Of a stretch of DNA of 64,000 nt, positions 48,448 to 62,604 are shown piece by piece. Every line of letters begins with the position of its first letter. Within the stretch, counting starts at the first letter, position 1. The notes under the pieces are model-generated. The model searched no databases. It was given only the letters and a program-made list of their open reading frames with translations, and was not told the DNA's origin. The DNA comes from Geosiphon pyriformis uo1 (Eukaryota; Fungi; Glomeromycota): positions 248,001 through 312,000 of the forward strand of contig JAAOMT010000129.1 of assembly GCA_016748015.1 (NCBI GenBank), read 5' to 3'. The position numbers and the translations under genes were made by a program.

Positions 48448-48460
48448 GCATCATCATCAC
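48407..48460. repeat. (CAA)n microsatellite followed by (CAT)n
   Basis: About 13 perfect CAA units, then catcatcatc; intergenic. Confidence 0.9.
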
Positions 48461-48943
48461 AAATTTAGAACAATAGCAAGAGAAAAAAGATGAACCGAAT
48501 GGACTGGATAATCTTTAAAAGAAAAAGCCCAAAAAGATTTATTGTTAATCCCTATAAATGCTATCTGTATATATATATATATGTAGGATTTCCTAAACCT
48601 ATTTTTAAACTATAAATGAAACAAACAGTTTCTAAAACTTAAATTATTTCGATTAGATTAAATTTGAAACAATTTCTGTGAAATGATTAAAAAAAATTTC
48701 ATCTTATTCAATTAAAGAAATTTTTCTTTAACTGAATGAAAAAGCAAATCTTTTTGTGATCTTAGGCAAAAGGTTTTTTTAATCAATTATCGCCAAAAAT
48801 TTTCCATATTAAAAAAAACGGCTCGTTTTTTTGTAAAATGCTATGGTATAGTCCGATATAACGGATTTATTATTTCAAATGCTAGGTCATGGAAATAATA
48901 ATAAGTATTATCATTATTTTTAACTATTATCATTGTTACCACT

Positions 48944-48959
48944 ATCATCATCATCATCA

Positions 48960-49037
<78 letters not shown>

Positions 49038-49050
49038 TTATCTATCATTA
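48944..49050. repeat. (CAT)n(TAT)n compound microsatellite
   Basis: About 6 CAT then about 20 TAT units; source of the spurious poly-Tyr and poly-Leu ORFs. Confidence 0.92.
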
Positions 49051-50025
49051 TTAAACCCATTATTTTATCATTGAGACAGCCTTATTTTATAAAATTTAAG
49101 AGTTTTGAACTTTGAGTGATTCGAAAGAAATTTAGTCTGTGTCTCCGATATGCTTCAAAAACCAATCTACCGCTTGCATATTAAACACTAAATAAATTTT
49201 AAGATTGTCAATTGAAACTGTCCTCTTATTATTTGTCACATTTCTTTCTAGTATAAAAAATTTATTATTCTAAATGTCACCCTTGGTAAATTACTTTACA
49301 TTAAAGTCTAGACTGAATTTCAAAAATATAATTGGAAATATTAGTCACCAATTTATAATAATTTTGGCACAGTAACCTTCCTTCTTGTCACCAATTATTA
49401 ATTCTCCGGTAAAACTTTTAATCTTCCTATCAAATACAAAACATCTTTATTAGAATCACCTTTCAAAAAAGGCAGTTCAGTTATTATCATGCTTGTGTAT
49501 ATAATCGAATATCACATAAATGTGCACCCCCCATCCCCCAAATCCACTATTCATCACATTCTCAGCCTCAGCCCAAACCAACCAATGCCCATCATCATCA
49601 TGATTTATCAACCCCTCAAATTTAACAAAAAGCATGCAGTCAAAAAGGTCAAGAGTCGCGCTCTTTACCAAGATCTTCCTTCTTCCCTCCTCACATTCTT
49701 GGTACAGTGGGCCACTGGCTGGTCCTGCATCGGTATAGGTACCCAGTCATTCGTTTCCCTTTCACGCTTTACAAACAACTCTTTTAGTATTCAAACCACG
49801 CTTGGCTTCTATCTCGTCTTTTCATAGTCTTTTGTCGTATTTTTCTTTGAACAGTTTCGCTTTAGTTGCTTTGCTTTTGCTTGTTACCAGTATTATTGTA
49901 ACTTTTATTATCAAAAAAGAATTTTATTTACCCAATAACTTCTCAATAACACTGCGCGCGCCTTATTAAAAGTGCACGAACAAGAAAAAAAATTTAATTT
50001 GTACTTTTAAAAAAAATTTTAAACA

Positions 50026-51525
50026 ATGAACTCTGGCGGTGTTCAAGTTCAACTTCAACCGTCCAACCAAGACCCTACTCGACAATCTTGGAGAAACCCA
50101 ACCTCAACCGGTGACCAAGGTAAACGTAGGGAGAACGGGAGCAAGTCCAGGCCTGTAAACATGAATTCTATAAACGTGGAACGTGCTCAGAACATGGGCA
50201 ACTCTTCCAGGAATACTACTTCACCTTCACCTGTTGCTCCGGTTCGAACACCAAAGTCTGGACAATTTTTAAAATCTGCTCAACAACAACAACAACAGCA
50301 AACTTATGTTGCTCCAAAGAATTCTCAGTATGTTAACAAGGCAGCACCACAACCGATGAATTTACCTAGGTCACCAACACAACTAGCAAGCTTGTCGTCT
50401 AGGTCCTCACCCCCCCGAAACGGTTTCGTTTCGAGATCTCCACCAAAATTGGCCCCTGGTGGTAGTATTAGTAGTAGTAGTAGTGGTAGTTTCTCAAACT
50501 CTACTGCTGTTACTCTTTCCCAAAAATCAGTTCAACCAACACCACCACCACAACAACAAAAGTCATCCACCTCTGTTAGGCCTACCCCCAAGCCACTTAA
50601 CTTGACAAAATCGTTTTCAACGTCAATGCAAAATTTTGCTAGAGTTCCTCAAACGGCGACTTTTCCTCCTAAAGTAAATAGAGCGTTAAACCTTCCTCAA
50701 CCCCCGAAAACTGCCACCTTTCCAAAATCATCTAGTGGCTTTCCAAAGGATATTAGACAAGGTGTTAGAATTTCTCCACCTCCAATCCCTCAACAGGCTT
50801 ACACCTTCATATATGGTGATCAAACATATATTCAGACTGTTCAAGAATCTCCAAGGATTAGGCGTTATAGTGCCACTCCAGCACCACTTCGTTTTGTTGG
50901 ACCCAATTATCGTCAAGTTGAGTTAGGACCCGGGACTCCTGTCGTAGTTCTAAGTCATCCTGAGGATTCTGACTCTCAAGGATCATCACCACCAACTCCC
51001 GGTTATTTGCCTGAGGGTTATGGCCAGGATATTTATGACTTGTATCAAGTAGCTTATGAACCTGAAGAAATTGAGGACAATCAGTATTACTATTATTATT
51101 CTGATTATCCCCAAGAATATCCTCCACAAACCCCAACTGGAATATCACAACCACGTTCTGGTACTTTCCCAACCACGACAAAAGATCAGAGACGTAGAAG
51201 GTAAAACAGTTTTTGGCTTTCCTTCCTGGTTTCTAATTTTTGCAAATTTTTCAAAAATAATACACCCATATTTCGATTTGCTCGATTTTTTTTTCGCTCA
51301 GAAAGCCAGTAGCTAACCAACTTTCTTTTCTTCAATAGTGTCATTGGTGGACCGATGAAAGTTCATCCTGATGCCGTTCTCCCGATTCGTCAGCCTAAAG
51401 GTCCCGATATGACGAAGAATTTTGCTACTCGCATTCGTCGTAAAGCTGTAAATAAGCTTTACGCAGCTGCGGCTGAAAGACGAAGTAAATCTGCTGCAGA
51501 TCGAAGAAAATCTGCAATGTTTTGA
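50026..51525 (+). CDS. Low-complexity S/P/Q-rich protein (453 aa; exons 50026-51200 and 51339-51525) with a C-terminal RQPxGP (SUZ-C-like) motif and basic helix
   Basis: ATG in aaacaATG context; phase-2 intron AG|GTAAAA...gctaac...caatag. Exon 2 reads SVIGGPMKVHPDAVLPIRQPKGPDMTKNFATRIRRKAVNKLYAAAAERR...MF*. Confidence 0.82.
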
Positions 51526-51999
51526 GAGTGCGTTTGAATTATATTTTTTATCTCTTTTTTAGAAAAGATTTTTTGTAAGTTATATATTTGTGATATATTG
51601 TTAGTGATAACAGCGAAAAAAATGTAGACTACACCAATAGTCGCACAATTTCTTGATTTTTTGTGATTTTTACATTTTTCTTTTTTTTGTAAAGCAAAAC
51701 CCAAATTTTCCCTTTGTTTCATCATTTGTAAAGGACAATCGTCGGGAGAAAACATCTTTTTTATATATATATATATACATACCTGCAACACAATATATAC
51801 GTATTTTATTCCACCGGCTCTCAAAAAAAAGGTTTCCTTTACGATAATGGTTATTACAATTGACAAAAGGGCAGTATTTTAATTCTTCAAAATTGAATTC
51901 TTGTAAAGGGAAAACGTAAGCGATGAAAGATTTCTTAATTTGATCGCTTAATCGATTTTTGTCAAAGGTTTCGTATAAGAGGTGCATGTAATCAACTAT

Positions 52000-52134
52000 T
52001 TTTTAATTTGAAATATATGATTATAAATAAAATATATATTTAAAATTTAAATATTTGGATTTTTATATATGAAATTTAGACAAACATTTTTATAACTTTT
52101 TTTTTAATAAAAAATATTTTGTATTTTTAATTTA

Positions 52135-52165
<31 letters not shown>

Positions 52166-53890
52166 TACTTGTTTTATTATTATTTAAAAGACTGTAAAAC
52201 TTTTAAGCAAATTTGTTATTAATTTGTTAAAACTTCTTATTAATTAACAAGAAAAAAATGTACTTTACCAAAAAATTTATAAGTTTTATTATTATTATAG
52301 AATTTTATTTTTTATTTTTTATTTTTTATTTAACGTATAAGTCTAATTACTATTTAATACAAAATATTAAACTAAGTAACCTAAATTAGACATGATTCAC
52401 GTGTGACCAAATACGAGTCCAGTCTAAGCTAAACTACATTGATTTTTAAAACATCTTATGCATATATGCAATTAATAAACTATTATTAATAATTGCACTT
52501 AATTTAATATTAGATGATTGATGTTTTTAGAGAACCATTAACTAAGCAAATATATTCTTATTTATACTATTATTAAAAATATTCATATTATTAATCTTAA
52601 TATTTATTTTATTTAAAATTTTACTAAAAGCAAAAACTTTATCTTAAACAGTCTTAATTATATTTTTTAGCTTTTTATGTAAAATAAAAAAATATTAAAC
52701 AATATAGTAATTAAAGTAACCAAAGTAATCAAAGTATTAATTAATAATAAATTTAATTAGCAAAGTTATATATAATCAACTCAAATTTCAAAAAATTTAA
52801 ACAAAAACCAATTAATAATAATAACAAAAACAATTAAAGAATAGTAAAAAAAAATCAATAAAACAAAAGTATTAACATAGACTTTGTAACAAAACAGATT
52901 TAAAAAATCTTAAAACTACTTACAAACTTAAAAAAAAACTTGGAAAAAAAATAAAACCATCTTATAACTTATAATTAAATAATGTAAATTTTAATATTTA
53001 AAGCAATACAAACAACTAAAAGTTTTTTACCAAATATAATACTTTTTTAAAGTATTAATTTTAATAATAAAAATATTTAAATTTGTTTTTAAACCAAAAA
53101 TAATAATAACAAACTGCAATTACTAAATAAAATCAGAAAAATAAAACATAAAACAAGTATAATTATTAATTTAAAAAACCAAACTACTAATTTTAAAAGC
53201 AATACAATTAAAAAAATTAATTAATTTTAAAAATATTATAAAACAAAATAGTTTTTTTAATTTACTAAAAAATAATTTTAATACTAATTTTACTTATTAA
53301 AATTAATTAACAAACTAAAATAGCTGTAACTATATTAAATAATTTAAAATAAATAATAATATATCTTAAAAATTTTACCAAAAACACTAAAAACTGTTTT
53401 AATATTTATTACAAATATACTTAAAAACATATTATACAAAATAATAAAAAGAAAAAAAAATTAAAACCTTATTATAAACTTAGCAATTATAAAAATAAAA
53501 ACAAAACAAGTTTGACTTAAAATATAATATTTAAAAAAACTTAAAAAACAAACTTTATATTATCTTTAAATACAAACTTAATACTAATAAAATTATATAT
53601 AAACTAGAATACAATCTTAATTAAAAGCTAATTTAATTTTAAAAAAAACTTTAAAATAAAAATTACTTATTTATAAAACTTTTAATAATTAATAATTATT
53701 TTTTAAGTATTATTAAAAACAGCACTAAAAAATAAAAAAAATAGTAATTTAATTTTTATTAATTTAAAATCAAATAATTTAATAAAAAACTTTTTTTTTA
53801 TTGATTTTTTGATCACAATAAAAGTATAGAGTATTTGAAGAAATACATTTTTTTATTTCTTTTACTTTTTTATTTTTATTTTTATTTTTT
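52000..53890. other. Extremely AT-rich tract, probably an ancient TE relic, between the gene island and the next TE block
   Basis: Very low G/C, strong G depletion on the + strand in 52600-53700, (TAT)n near 52135. Confidence 0.6.
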
Positions 53891-53899
53891 TCAATGTAT

Positions 53900-54084
53900 T
53901 TCTATTTGTTGCTATAAATTCAGTAAGCTTTTCTACTGGTGGTTCTGGTTCTATTTTAGCTGGATTGGGAATTTGGTCTAACACTAAGAAGAAAGTATGT
54001 ATTAAAAGTATCTATTCTTATGATTTCTTATACAAAAAACTAAAAAAACCTAAAGTTGTCAATAGTATGGTGGATTTATTAGCT
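53900..54084 (+). pseudogene. Probable 5' fragment of ORF1 of another LINE family, the target of the A3 insertion
   Basis: Reads (I)NSVSFSTGGSGSILAGLGIWSNTKKKVCIKSIYSYDFLYKKLKKPKVVNSMVDLLAG. G/S-rich then K-rich start and T-rich composition like the other LINE ORF1 starts; ends at the LTR. Confidence 0.45.
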
Positions 54085-54931
54085 GGTTACTCATAAAATA
54101 TAAGACATATATTAACATATAAATTAGCCAATCAGAAGTAGCCATAGTAAATGTGAATTCCAGGATTCTTCTCAAAAGAATTACAGGATTCCAGGAATTT
54201 CAGAATTCTTGTACAAGAAATTGCAAGATTTCAGAATTCCAGAATTCTTCTCAAAGGAATTGCAGAATTCCAGGAATCACAGGATTCTTGGTGTGAAGAA
54301 TTAAGGAATTAAGGAATCTCAATTATGTATATATATCAGTAGTATTAGAAGAAAAAAAGACAGATCTCTCAGTTTAGATTTAATTTAAGCAACTTTTTAC
54401 ATTACAAATATCAATAAATAATTATTCACTATTTTAATCTACTCTCTACTATCAACACTTTATGTTGATAGTAATTAATACTTAATCACACTAAAACAAT
54501 AGCTCTTGATTATAACTATTAATGAGATACTAACATTTATCACTTTGGCTTATTTTTTTATTTCCTTTATTGTTATTTTCTTTTGTTATTTTTTTTTGTT
54601 GTTTACTAATTGATTAAGGATTAAGTGCTAAATTATTGACATTAAGGATTGCTTGGTAAAAAACCCCTGTGAGTGAATAGAGCACATAAAAGAATTACAG
54701 ATTACTTACCAGAAGAGTACTGGCTATCAAGCTGAAAAAAAAAATTGACCAAATTGCAATTCTGGGAAGCTATAAATAAACAACTATTGAATTTCTGTTC
54801 ATTATACAAAGGACTCAACCAAAATCTTTAGATAACAATACCTTCAGATCACTATCATTGCAAATAGCTTCTGAACACCAAGTTATGGGTTTTGTTATTT
54901 GATTTGAGACTCTAAATAATCACTTGTAACA
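54085..54931 (+). repeat. 5' LTR of A3
   Basis: (g)gttactcataaaatataag...cacttgtaaca, then tt-TGGTGCT; repeat of 63270-64000. Confidence 0.92.
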
Positions 54932-54951
54932 TTTGGTGCTTTCTGTAAGGT

Positions 54952-57900
54952 ATAATCTTACAGAGAACTAGCATCAACAACAATCATTCAAAAGTGGCAG
55001 AATCAGAAATCATAGGAGCAAACCATTTAGAATTTGCCAAATCCTTGTTTCAACAGTACAGCCAACAGTTAGAATTAAACAATAACCATTTCCCAGCAAA
55101 ATTAGCCTTCAACTTTTACATTAATGATAAAATTACAAACTGCTTAAGAAAAACAGTTAACATTGAATCCACAAGAAAAAATTTCTATACAGAATTGTTT
55201 CAACATACCAGCTTACCAAGAAACTACAGTTTCACATCAATCATCAGAGAAATCAATCAAACTATTGAAAGGTACACCCAACAACAATTCCCTATTACCT
55301 ACATAGACAAAGACAAAAGAAGATTGCAAACACCAGTGGTAAATTCCAAAAAGATACAACCACTCATTTGAAAGAAAACCAGAGTTGAATCACCAACCAA
55401 TCTATCATACCATTATATACCAGAAAGTGTCATTAATATCTCCTTAGCAGACATGTTCACATCAAATGCAACATCAATCTTTGGATAATTCTCATTTCAA
55501 AGTAAACAAAAAAGAGCAGAATTATTAGGACCATATGGTGAATATTTTGAAGGATTTAAATTGCAATTACCAATACCATTAGGATTTTAATTACCACTTT
55601 TTCAACCAAATTTCGAAACTGCAAGTCTGTAGAAAGTAATGGAATTAAAAAAAAAAGAAAGTAAGAATCAGGAATTTACTTACCAAAACCTGATTCTAGA
55701 AAATGCAGAAGTTAAAACCCCAAACATTCAAATCCAGCAAACTCAAAACAATTCAAACTTCAAAACAATTAATCAGCAAAACTTATCTCTAGTAATTGTC
55801 ATTGATCAGCCACCAATTGAACCAATTATTGAACCAATTCAACAGCAGCCATCTTAGCAACCTATTCAACAATCATTTCAACCATCTCAACAACCACAAC
55901 AACCACTTCAACAGCTACAACAACAACTTTAACTACTATTACCACAACAACAACAATAAATGGCATATACACCAATTGCAAAGCTGAAAAAATTTTCTGG
56001 TGAAAAGGATGATGCCCAAGCATGGATCAATGACATTACCAAAGCCATCACCGCCAATAACTAGGATAATACCAGGACAATGCAAGTCATCCCATATTTT
56101 CTCAAGGATACTGCTAACTCATGGTATTATAGCTTAGTCCAGAAACCCCAAAACTTTGATGCATTCAAATTAGAATTCCTAAGATACTTCAGTAATAATA
56201 ACAGCATCAACCATCTAACAAGTACCTTTATCATCATAAAGTAAGAGAACACAGAAACAGTCACTACTTACTTAAGATGCTTCCACAGGAATCTGTGTCA
56301 GATCCAAGCCATCAATGCCAATTATTTTATGGTAGCACAGATCCTAAATCAGTTCATTTGCAGATTACACAGCAGCATCTTACAACACATATGACCAATG
56401 CATTCAGCTATTCTGCAAGATACAGTTACACACACCAGAGATTTCAAGTCAGCTAAGTTAGAGGCCAATCATGCCCAAGCTGTAAATTTAGTAATAAATA
56501 GATCATCTGACTTAGATTTCAAGCTAAAACACTTTAGCAATTCAATCAATCAGAAAATTGAGGAATACTTAGCTGACAATTACACAATTTATCAATTATC
56601 ACAATAATGCAATAATTTAGGAAATGTGAATCATTTCAAAAATTAGTTGCATCCATCATTATTATCCAATCAGCCATGGCAGCCAGAGATACAAGTCTGC
56701 CACAACTGTGGTAAACAAGATCATATTAGAGCTAACTGCCATTCTTATAGTAATTCATAATCAGGAAATCAATACCAAAACTCTGATCACAGAGTTCAAA
56801 CTCCGAATTATTACTCAAATTAAGACCAATATTAGCCAACTTATTTGTCAATAATGCAGTAGTCAATATATCAACTACAGCCACAAGTAATATATTAACT
56901 GCAGCCACCAATAATTTATCAACCTTAACAACTTTAAACACCACCCCAAAATTCCATCCAGATGACATTAGGAAACTCCAGATCCAGAGTCGTCTAAAAC
57001 TAGAGATCAGCAATAATGGTTTACCAACCAATCTTCAGTTCATCAAATTACTTATCAGGATCATGCCAGTAGAATTCGGAAGCTGAATACACCCAAAACC
57101 CGAATTTTCAGAACTATTTAAGTCTCTTGGTTACCCCAGAAGATGTCCCATCCAACAATCAGAAAACTAATCACACTCCAACACCTACTAACAATATTTC
57201 ACCAGCTATTATTACTGAGAATGAATTACTAGACACCATCTTCCCATTTGAACTCAAGGAACTGTTAGTCATGCCATTATTTAGTGGAGCCACTCTTGAA
57301 AAAAAACCTATTACTGTCATGTATACTGATGCCAAAGTTAATAGCCACTTTATCAAACTGATCTTAGACAGTGGATCAGCTGGCAGCATTATCACAAGAC
57401 AACTCATGGACCAATTAAGTTACCAAATTAATTAAGCTGCCAGCACATGAATTATCATGGCTGATGGAATGACCAAAACTTCAATCAGCGAGATTAATGA
57501 CTTTCCTATAGAAATCAATAGCATCATTGTGCTAATCAAGATATTAGTCATGAAAGCCACTCAATACTAAGCACTTGTTGGTAACAATTGGCTGTTCAAA
57601 ACCAACACAATGCTTAATTGAAACATGCAGAAGCTTTAACTGAGTTAGAATGGTTGACACACATACATACCAGTCATGTGTGGCCATTTTAAGACCACCA
57701 ACACACCAGCACTACTCATTAAGTTCGAGGAAGAAGAGAAAAAACCTATCTGGAAAGCCTATCAAGTGTTATAGGCTGACAACAACCACAATAAACTACT
57801 GTCAATACTCTCTTAGAATAACAATAAAAAAGAAAAACAAAAGGAAAAACTTACCTAAAATGCTGATCAAGCCTGGAAAACTGACAATAACCCAGACAAA

Positions 57901-60900
57901 TTATCAACTTGGGAGTGGAAAAAAACTGACAAGGAAAAAAAAAAAAAGAAGAAGAAACAACACTCACCAGCACTACCATTTATAATTCTTACACCTACAC
58001 TACATCACAACAATCCACTTATCGCCAATCAAAGCTCATATGTATTAATTGCAACAAGAAATTGTTGTCAATAAGCGCATGCTGTGACAATGATGAGGAA
58101 TACCACATAGCAACAAAATTTTACTGTTACCCATGCATCATAGAACATTTTAGATGACCAAAATAGCAAGAAAAAAAGGACAACAAACCATGTCTTACAT
58201 GTAGAATTATTTTGCCTGATGAAAGAATGTGGAATGATATTCCTGGGTGTGGAGAAATATGCAATAAAACATACCAGTATACAATCCTAATCAATGACTG
58301 GGTATATAAGGGAATACCAATCAACAATGTCTAGAAACAAGTATTGTAACAATTAAAAAGATATTTCTATAATGAACATGAAATATGAAGAATAGTGAGT
58401 GTGAAAGTAGAAGATGTGACAATCAGCAAACTACTGGATATTAAAAACAATCTCTTATCACTTTTGAAATCTGAATACATCTTAACTTTTGACATTTTTG
58501 ATGACATTGAAGACAATCCTAAGCAATTTTATGAGCACTACCAAAACTTAGTGCCAACCAGAGAAAAGCAAGAACAGCATTTAGTCCAACTAAACACTTG
58601 ATTATGTAACCATTGTTTGATTTTTTGTGACTTCCAATATTGTAATGAGTGTGACTTTATTTACAATCCACTATTATGCATAATCTACACAATTCCAGAG
58701 GAAAAAAAACCAATTAGCAGCTGCATATCAGAATTGGAATCAATTTACAATCCCAATTCAAACTCTGACAATGATGATAACAAAAACAACAGTTCCAGCT
58801 CTGCTAATATGACAAGAAAAATAATAGTGATTCAGACTTCAATTCAAACTCTGAAATCTACATCACACTTTCTGATCTTTCCAAGGAACAGGAACTCAGA
58901 TGATATAGTAATAACAATGAAAACATCATGTCAGAATGTGCACATAATACAAATGCAGAGTTTAATCTAAGGTATTCAGAAAAAGACACCATCAAATTAG
59001 AACCATACTTATGCATCTGCATTGATCTCAAAATAGCACTGGAAATTTTAGCAACAACAATAATTCAACTAGCATTTAGAAATAGTTTAGTGGAAAAAAA
59101 AATCAACATCAAAGGAGAAATAATTGATACAGAATATATAGGAAACATCATTGCAATGCTACAGAATGACTCTGAAAAGGCCTATATCATAGAGCCAAAT
59201 AAAAAGATAGCACAGACAATATTTCTATTTCTGGTGAAAATAGCTCAGTTAGTGTTAGTGGAAAACAGAAAAAAATTAGGGATTATGGCTAGAGGGATAC
59301 AGGATTTTAGATCCATGAGTAAAATAGTTGTACCAATTAATATGGCAAAGAAAGAAATTGTTGACAAGAAAGAAATTATCTCCATCTGTTAAACAATTTC
59401 CATTCCACCATATGACCAATACATGGTAACCATAGAAAGAAAAGTAAAGGATCAGATACAGATTTTTAAGACAGAAGCAACACTTTGTAAATCAGGAAAA
59501 ATTGGATTAGTCAATCTACACATACTAGCCAAAAACTACAGGCACATCAAAATTTCTATTTACAATAACATGGGAGATATCATTGAGATACCAGAAAAAA
59601 CTATTATTGAATATTTAACCACTAAAATTGAAAACCAACTGCCAACCACCATTTCAGATTTTTCACAACTGTGTAGATATGTAGATATCACATCACAAAT
59701 AATATATGAACGAGAAAAATGTTATCTGTTCCAACTAAAACAATTGGAACAGATAAACTTGAGAAATCTAGACTCACTATAATGTATGCAACTTAAGATG
59801 TTACTCAATAACTTCAATGACATTTTTGCCAGTGAAAACAAATTTGGCAGAACTGATATCATCCAGCATCAGATCAAGACTAAAGATGCAATGCCAATTA
59901 AACAAAAAGCATACAAAGTACTATCAGCCAGCCATGAGATTATTCATCAAGAAATCAATTAGATGCTTGACAACAGGCTAATTCAGCCATCAATGAACTT
60001 ATAATCATTATCAGTAGTACTAGTCCATAAGAAAAATAGAAAAATCCACTTTTGTGTAGATTACCAGAAACTGAATAGAGTAACAAAAAGGGATAATTAC
60101 CTAACTTTGAAGATTCAAAAATTGTTTGATGCTTTTAGAAGAAAGAAATGATTTTCAACTTTAGACTTAGATAGTAGTTATTGGTAAGCAGCCATGAAAC
60201 TGGAAGACAAAGAAAAAATGACTTTTACAACTCAGAAAAAAAATTTCAAATTAAAGTGATGCCATTTGACTTAATGAATGCTCTTGCCATATTTTAATGA
60301 CTCATGGAAATTGTCTATATTAAATTACTATAAAAATCAATAGTCATATACTTGGATAACACCAATGTGTTCTTAAAAACATTTGATGATCATCTGTATT
60401 ATCTCCAACAAGTATTTAAAAGACTAAAAAGAGCTGAATTAAAATTAAATACAATTAAGTGTTTCTTTGGAAAAACTGAACTCAAGTTTCTAAGACATGT
60501 TATAAGCAAAAATAGTATCAAAATGAATCCAGACAAGATTGAGATAGTCAAAAACTTTTTAGTATCAACCAACTTAACTGAACTAAGAGCATTCTTGGGA
60601 TTTGCTGAATACTATTGCCACTTTATCAAAGATTTTTTTAAACTGGCTCAGCTATTACACCAGCTCTAATTAAAAAACACCAAATATAAATAGACAAAAA
60701 ACCACCAAGAAGCTTTCAACATATTAAGAAGAAAGCTTATTTAAGTCCCAGTATTGATATATCCAGATTACAGCAAACCATTCATCATTACTACTAATGC
60801 ATTAGGCCAAGCATTGGGAGCAGTACTATTGCAGAGAAAACTGGATGGAAGAAAACATCCAGTAGCATATGTCAGCCAAAGTTTGAGTCCAGTGAAAAAG

Positions 60901-61152
60901 AACTATGAAACATCAGCATTAGAACACTTAGCAATTTATTGGGCAGTTATGAAATAAAAGAAGTACTTGAGCCAAAAGTTTGATGTGTACACTGATTATA
61001 AAGAATTGATTTTAATTCAGAAGCAAAAATTTGGAGATGATTACTATGCTAAATAGAAAATAGAACTTTTACTATTTAATTATATAGTACATTACAAAAA
61101 AGGAAAAGAAAACAGAAATGCCAACAGTTTGTCACGAATGAAACAAATCTAA
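54952..61152 (+). pseudogene. A3 Gag-Pol: Gag, CCHC (56698), protease (57358), Cys-rich module (58040-58655), dUTPase (58920-59320), RT (59800-60650), RNase H (60750-61152)
   Basis: CHNCGKQDHIRANC; LILDSGSAGSII; AHNTNAEFNL/GEIIDTEYIGNI/KIAQ; FCVDYQKLN; YLDN; ITTNALGQALGAVL; NANSLSRMKQI*. Confidence 0.92.
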
Positions 61153-61186
61153 AAAACATTTTCAACCCAAAAATATAACAAAAAAA

Positions 61187-62563
61187 ATGAATATACAAAA
61201 ATACCAACAACTCCAACATTATATAAATATCTAACTGTTCAAGAAAAAATTATCTCAAAAGGAACAAAACAACATAAAACAACAATCAAAATATTTTATC
61301 AACCATCAAAATATACTTTACCAGAAGAACAAAAGAAATCCAGGTCAACCAATCAAAGTAATTACAGAATCAAAGAAAGAGACAATATTATTCAACATAC
61401 ACTCAGATCCAACAGCAGAACATTTTCATAAAGAAGCAACCATGGAAAGAACCAGAAAAAGATACTATTGGCCATCAATGTATCTAGATATTATTTAATA
61501 TGTTCAAAATTGTGATGTTTGTCAGAAGAGAAGAGAAACAAAACCCAATAAACCATTAAAACCAATCAAAATAGAACAACTATTTGATTGCATTAAAATT
61601 GACTTAGTTGGACCATTAACAATAACCAGCAGAGGCAACAGATATATTGCAGTAGCCATGGATTATCTTACTAAATGGCCAGAAGCAAAAGCCATTCAAA
61701 GAGCAGATGCAGAATTTGTTACAGAATTTGTTCATTAAGATTTGATATATCGACACAGATATCCAAAAAAATTATTATCAGATCAAGAAACTTACTTTGT
61801 GAATAGAACATTAGCAGAATTAAGTCAAAGATTTGGGATAAAAAAACCATTATCATTACCATACTATCTATAAACAAATGGATTAGTTGAAAGATTTAAC
61901 AGAACATTGTGTGAAGCCATTGCCAAAATCAGCCAAAAAAACCAAAACAAATGAGATTTCATTATACCATTAGTATTATTTGCTTATTGAACAATGAAGC
62001 AAGACACTATACAAACAACACCATTTAAATTAGTATATAATAGAACAGCAATATTACCAGTTGAGATAAAAGTCAAAACATATCCAACAAAACCAATAAC
62101 AGAAGAGAATTTCCAAAGAACATTGTTGAGAAGAACATATAACTTAATAGAAACACTAAAAAACACATGGCGAAAAGCAGTTGATAACATCCAAAAGTCA
62201 CAAAAAAAACAAAAAGAAAGACACAATAACCAACTACCAGAGAAACCAGTTGAATTCAAGATTGGAAACAAAGTACTTCTACATCATACTAAAGTGAAAA
62301 AACAATGGAGTGGAAAATTTGATCCCAAATGGGATAGACCATTTCACATAAAAGAAATTCTTAGAAATAGAGCTTATAAATTAAGGTTGAACAACAAAAT
62401 CTTAACCAAAGCAGTACATAATAATCGACTGAAACAATATTACCATATAGTATTATTATCTACCAATAATATTTTACAATTAGAAGTACAGAGAATACTA
62501 GTCAAACCAGATAAGATTCTACAAGATTTAGAACCAATTATAATCATTGAACCAAACACATAA
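61187..62563 (+). pseudogene. A3 integrase (separate ORF)
   Basis: ATG 34 nt after the RNase H stop. HSDPTAEHF..RYYWP..CDVCQ; IDLVGPL; SDQETYF; TNGLVERFNRTL; WDRPF. Confidence 0.9.
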
Positions 62564-62604
62564 AATTAAACAACCAAAAAAGAGTATATAAAGACACAGT
62601 ATAC

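Noticed and set aside
48889-49115. Poly-His/Tyr and poly-Ser/Leu ORFs
   Set aside because: They are translations of a (CAT)n(TAT)n microsatellite.
49477-49827. ORFs 49489-49827(+) and 49477-49671(-)
   Set aside because: No homology cues or splice support; more likely the promoter and 5'UTR of the gene starting at 50026.
51459-51987. ORFs in the 3' region of the 50026 gene
   Set aside because: Low-complexity AT-rich 3'UTR sequence, overlapping on both strands without coding character.
56760-57130. Programmed gag-pol frameshift in family A
   Set aside because: The CCHC knuckle (56698) and protease (57127 onward) are in the same frame once CAA->TAA-type stops are discounted; the same holds in family B.
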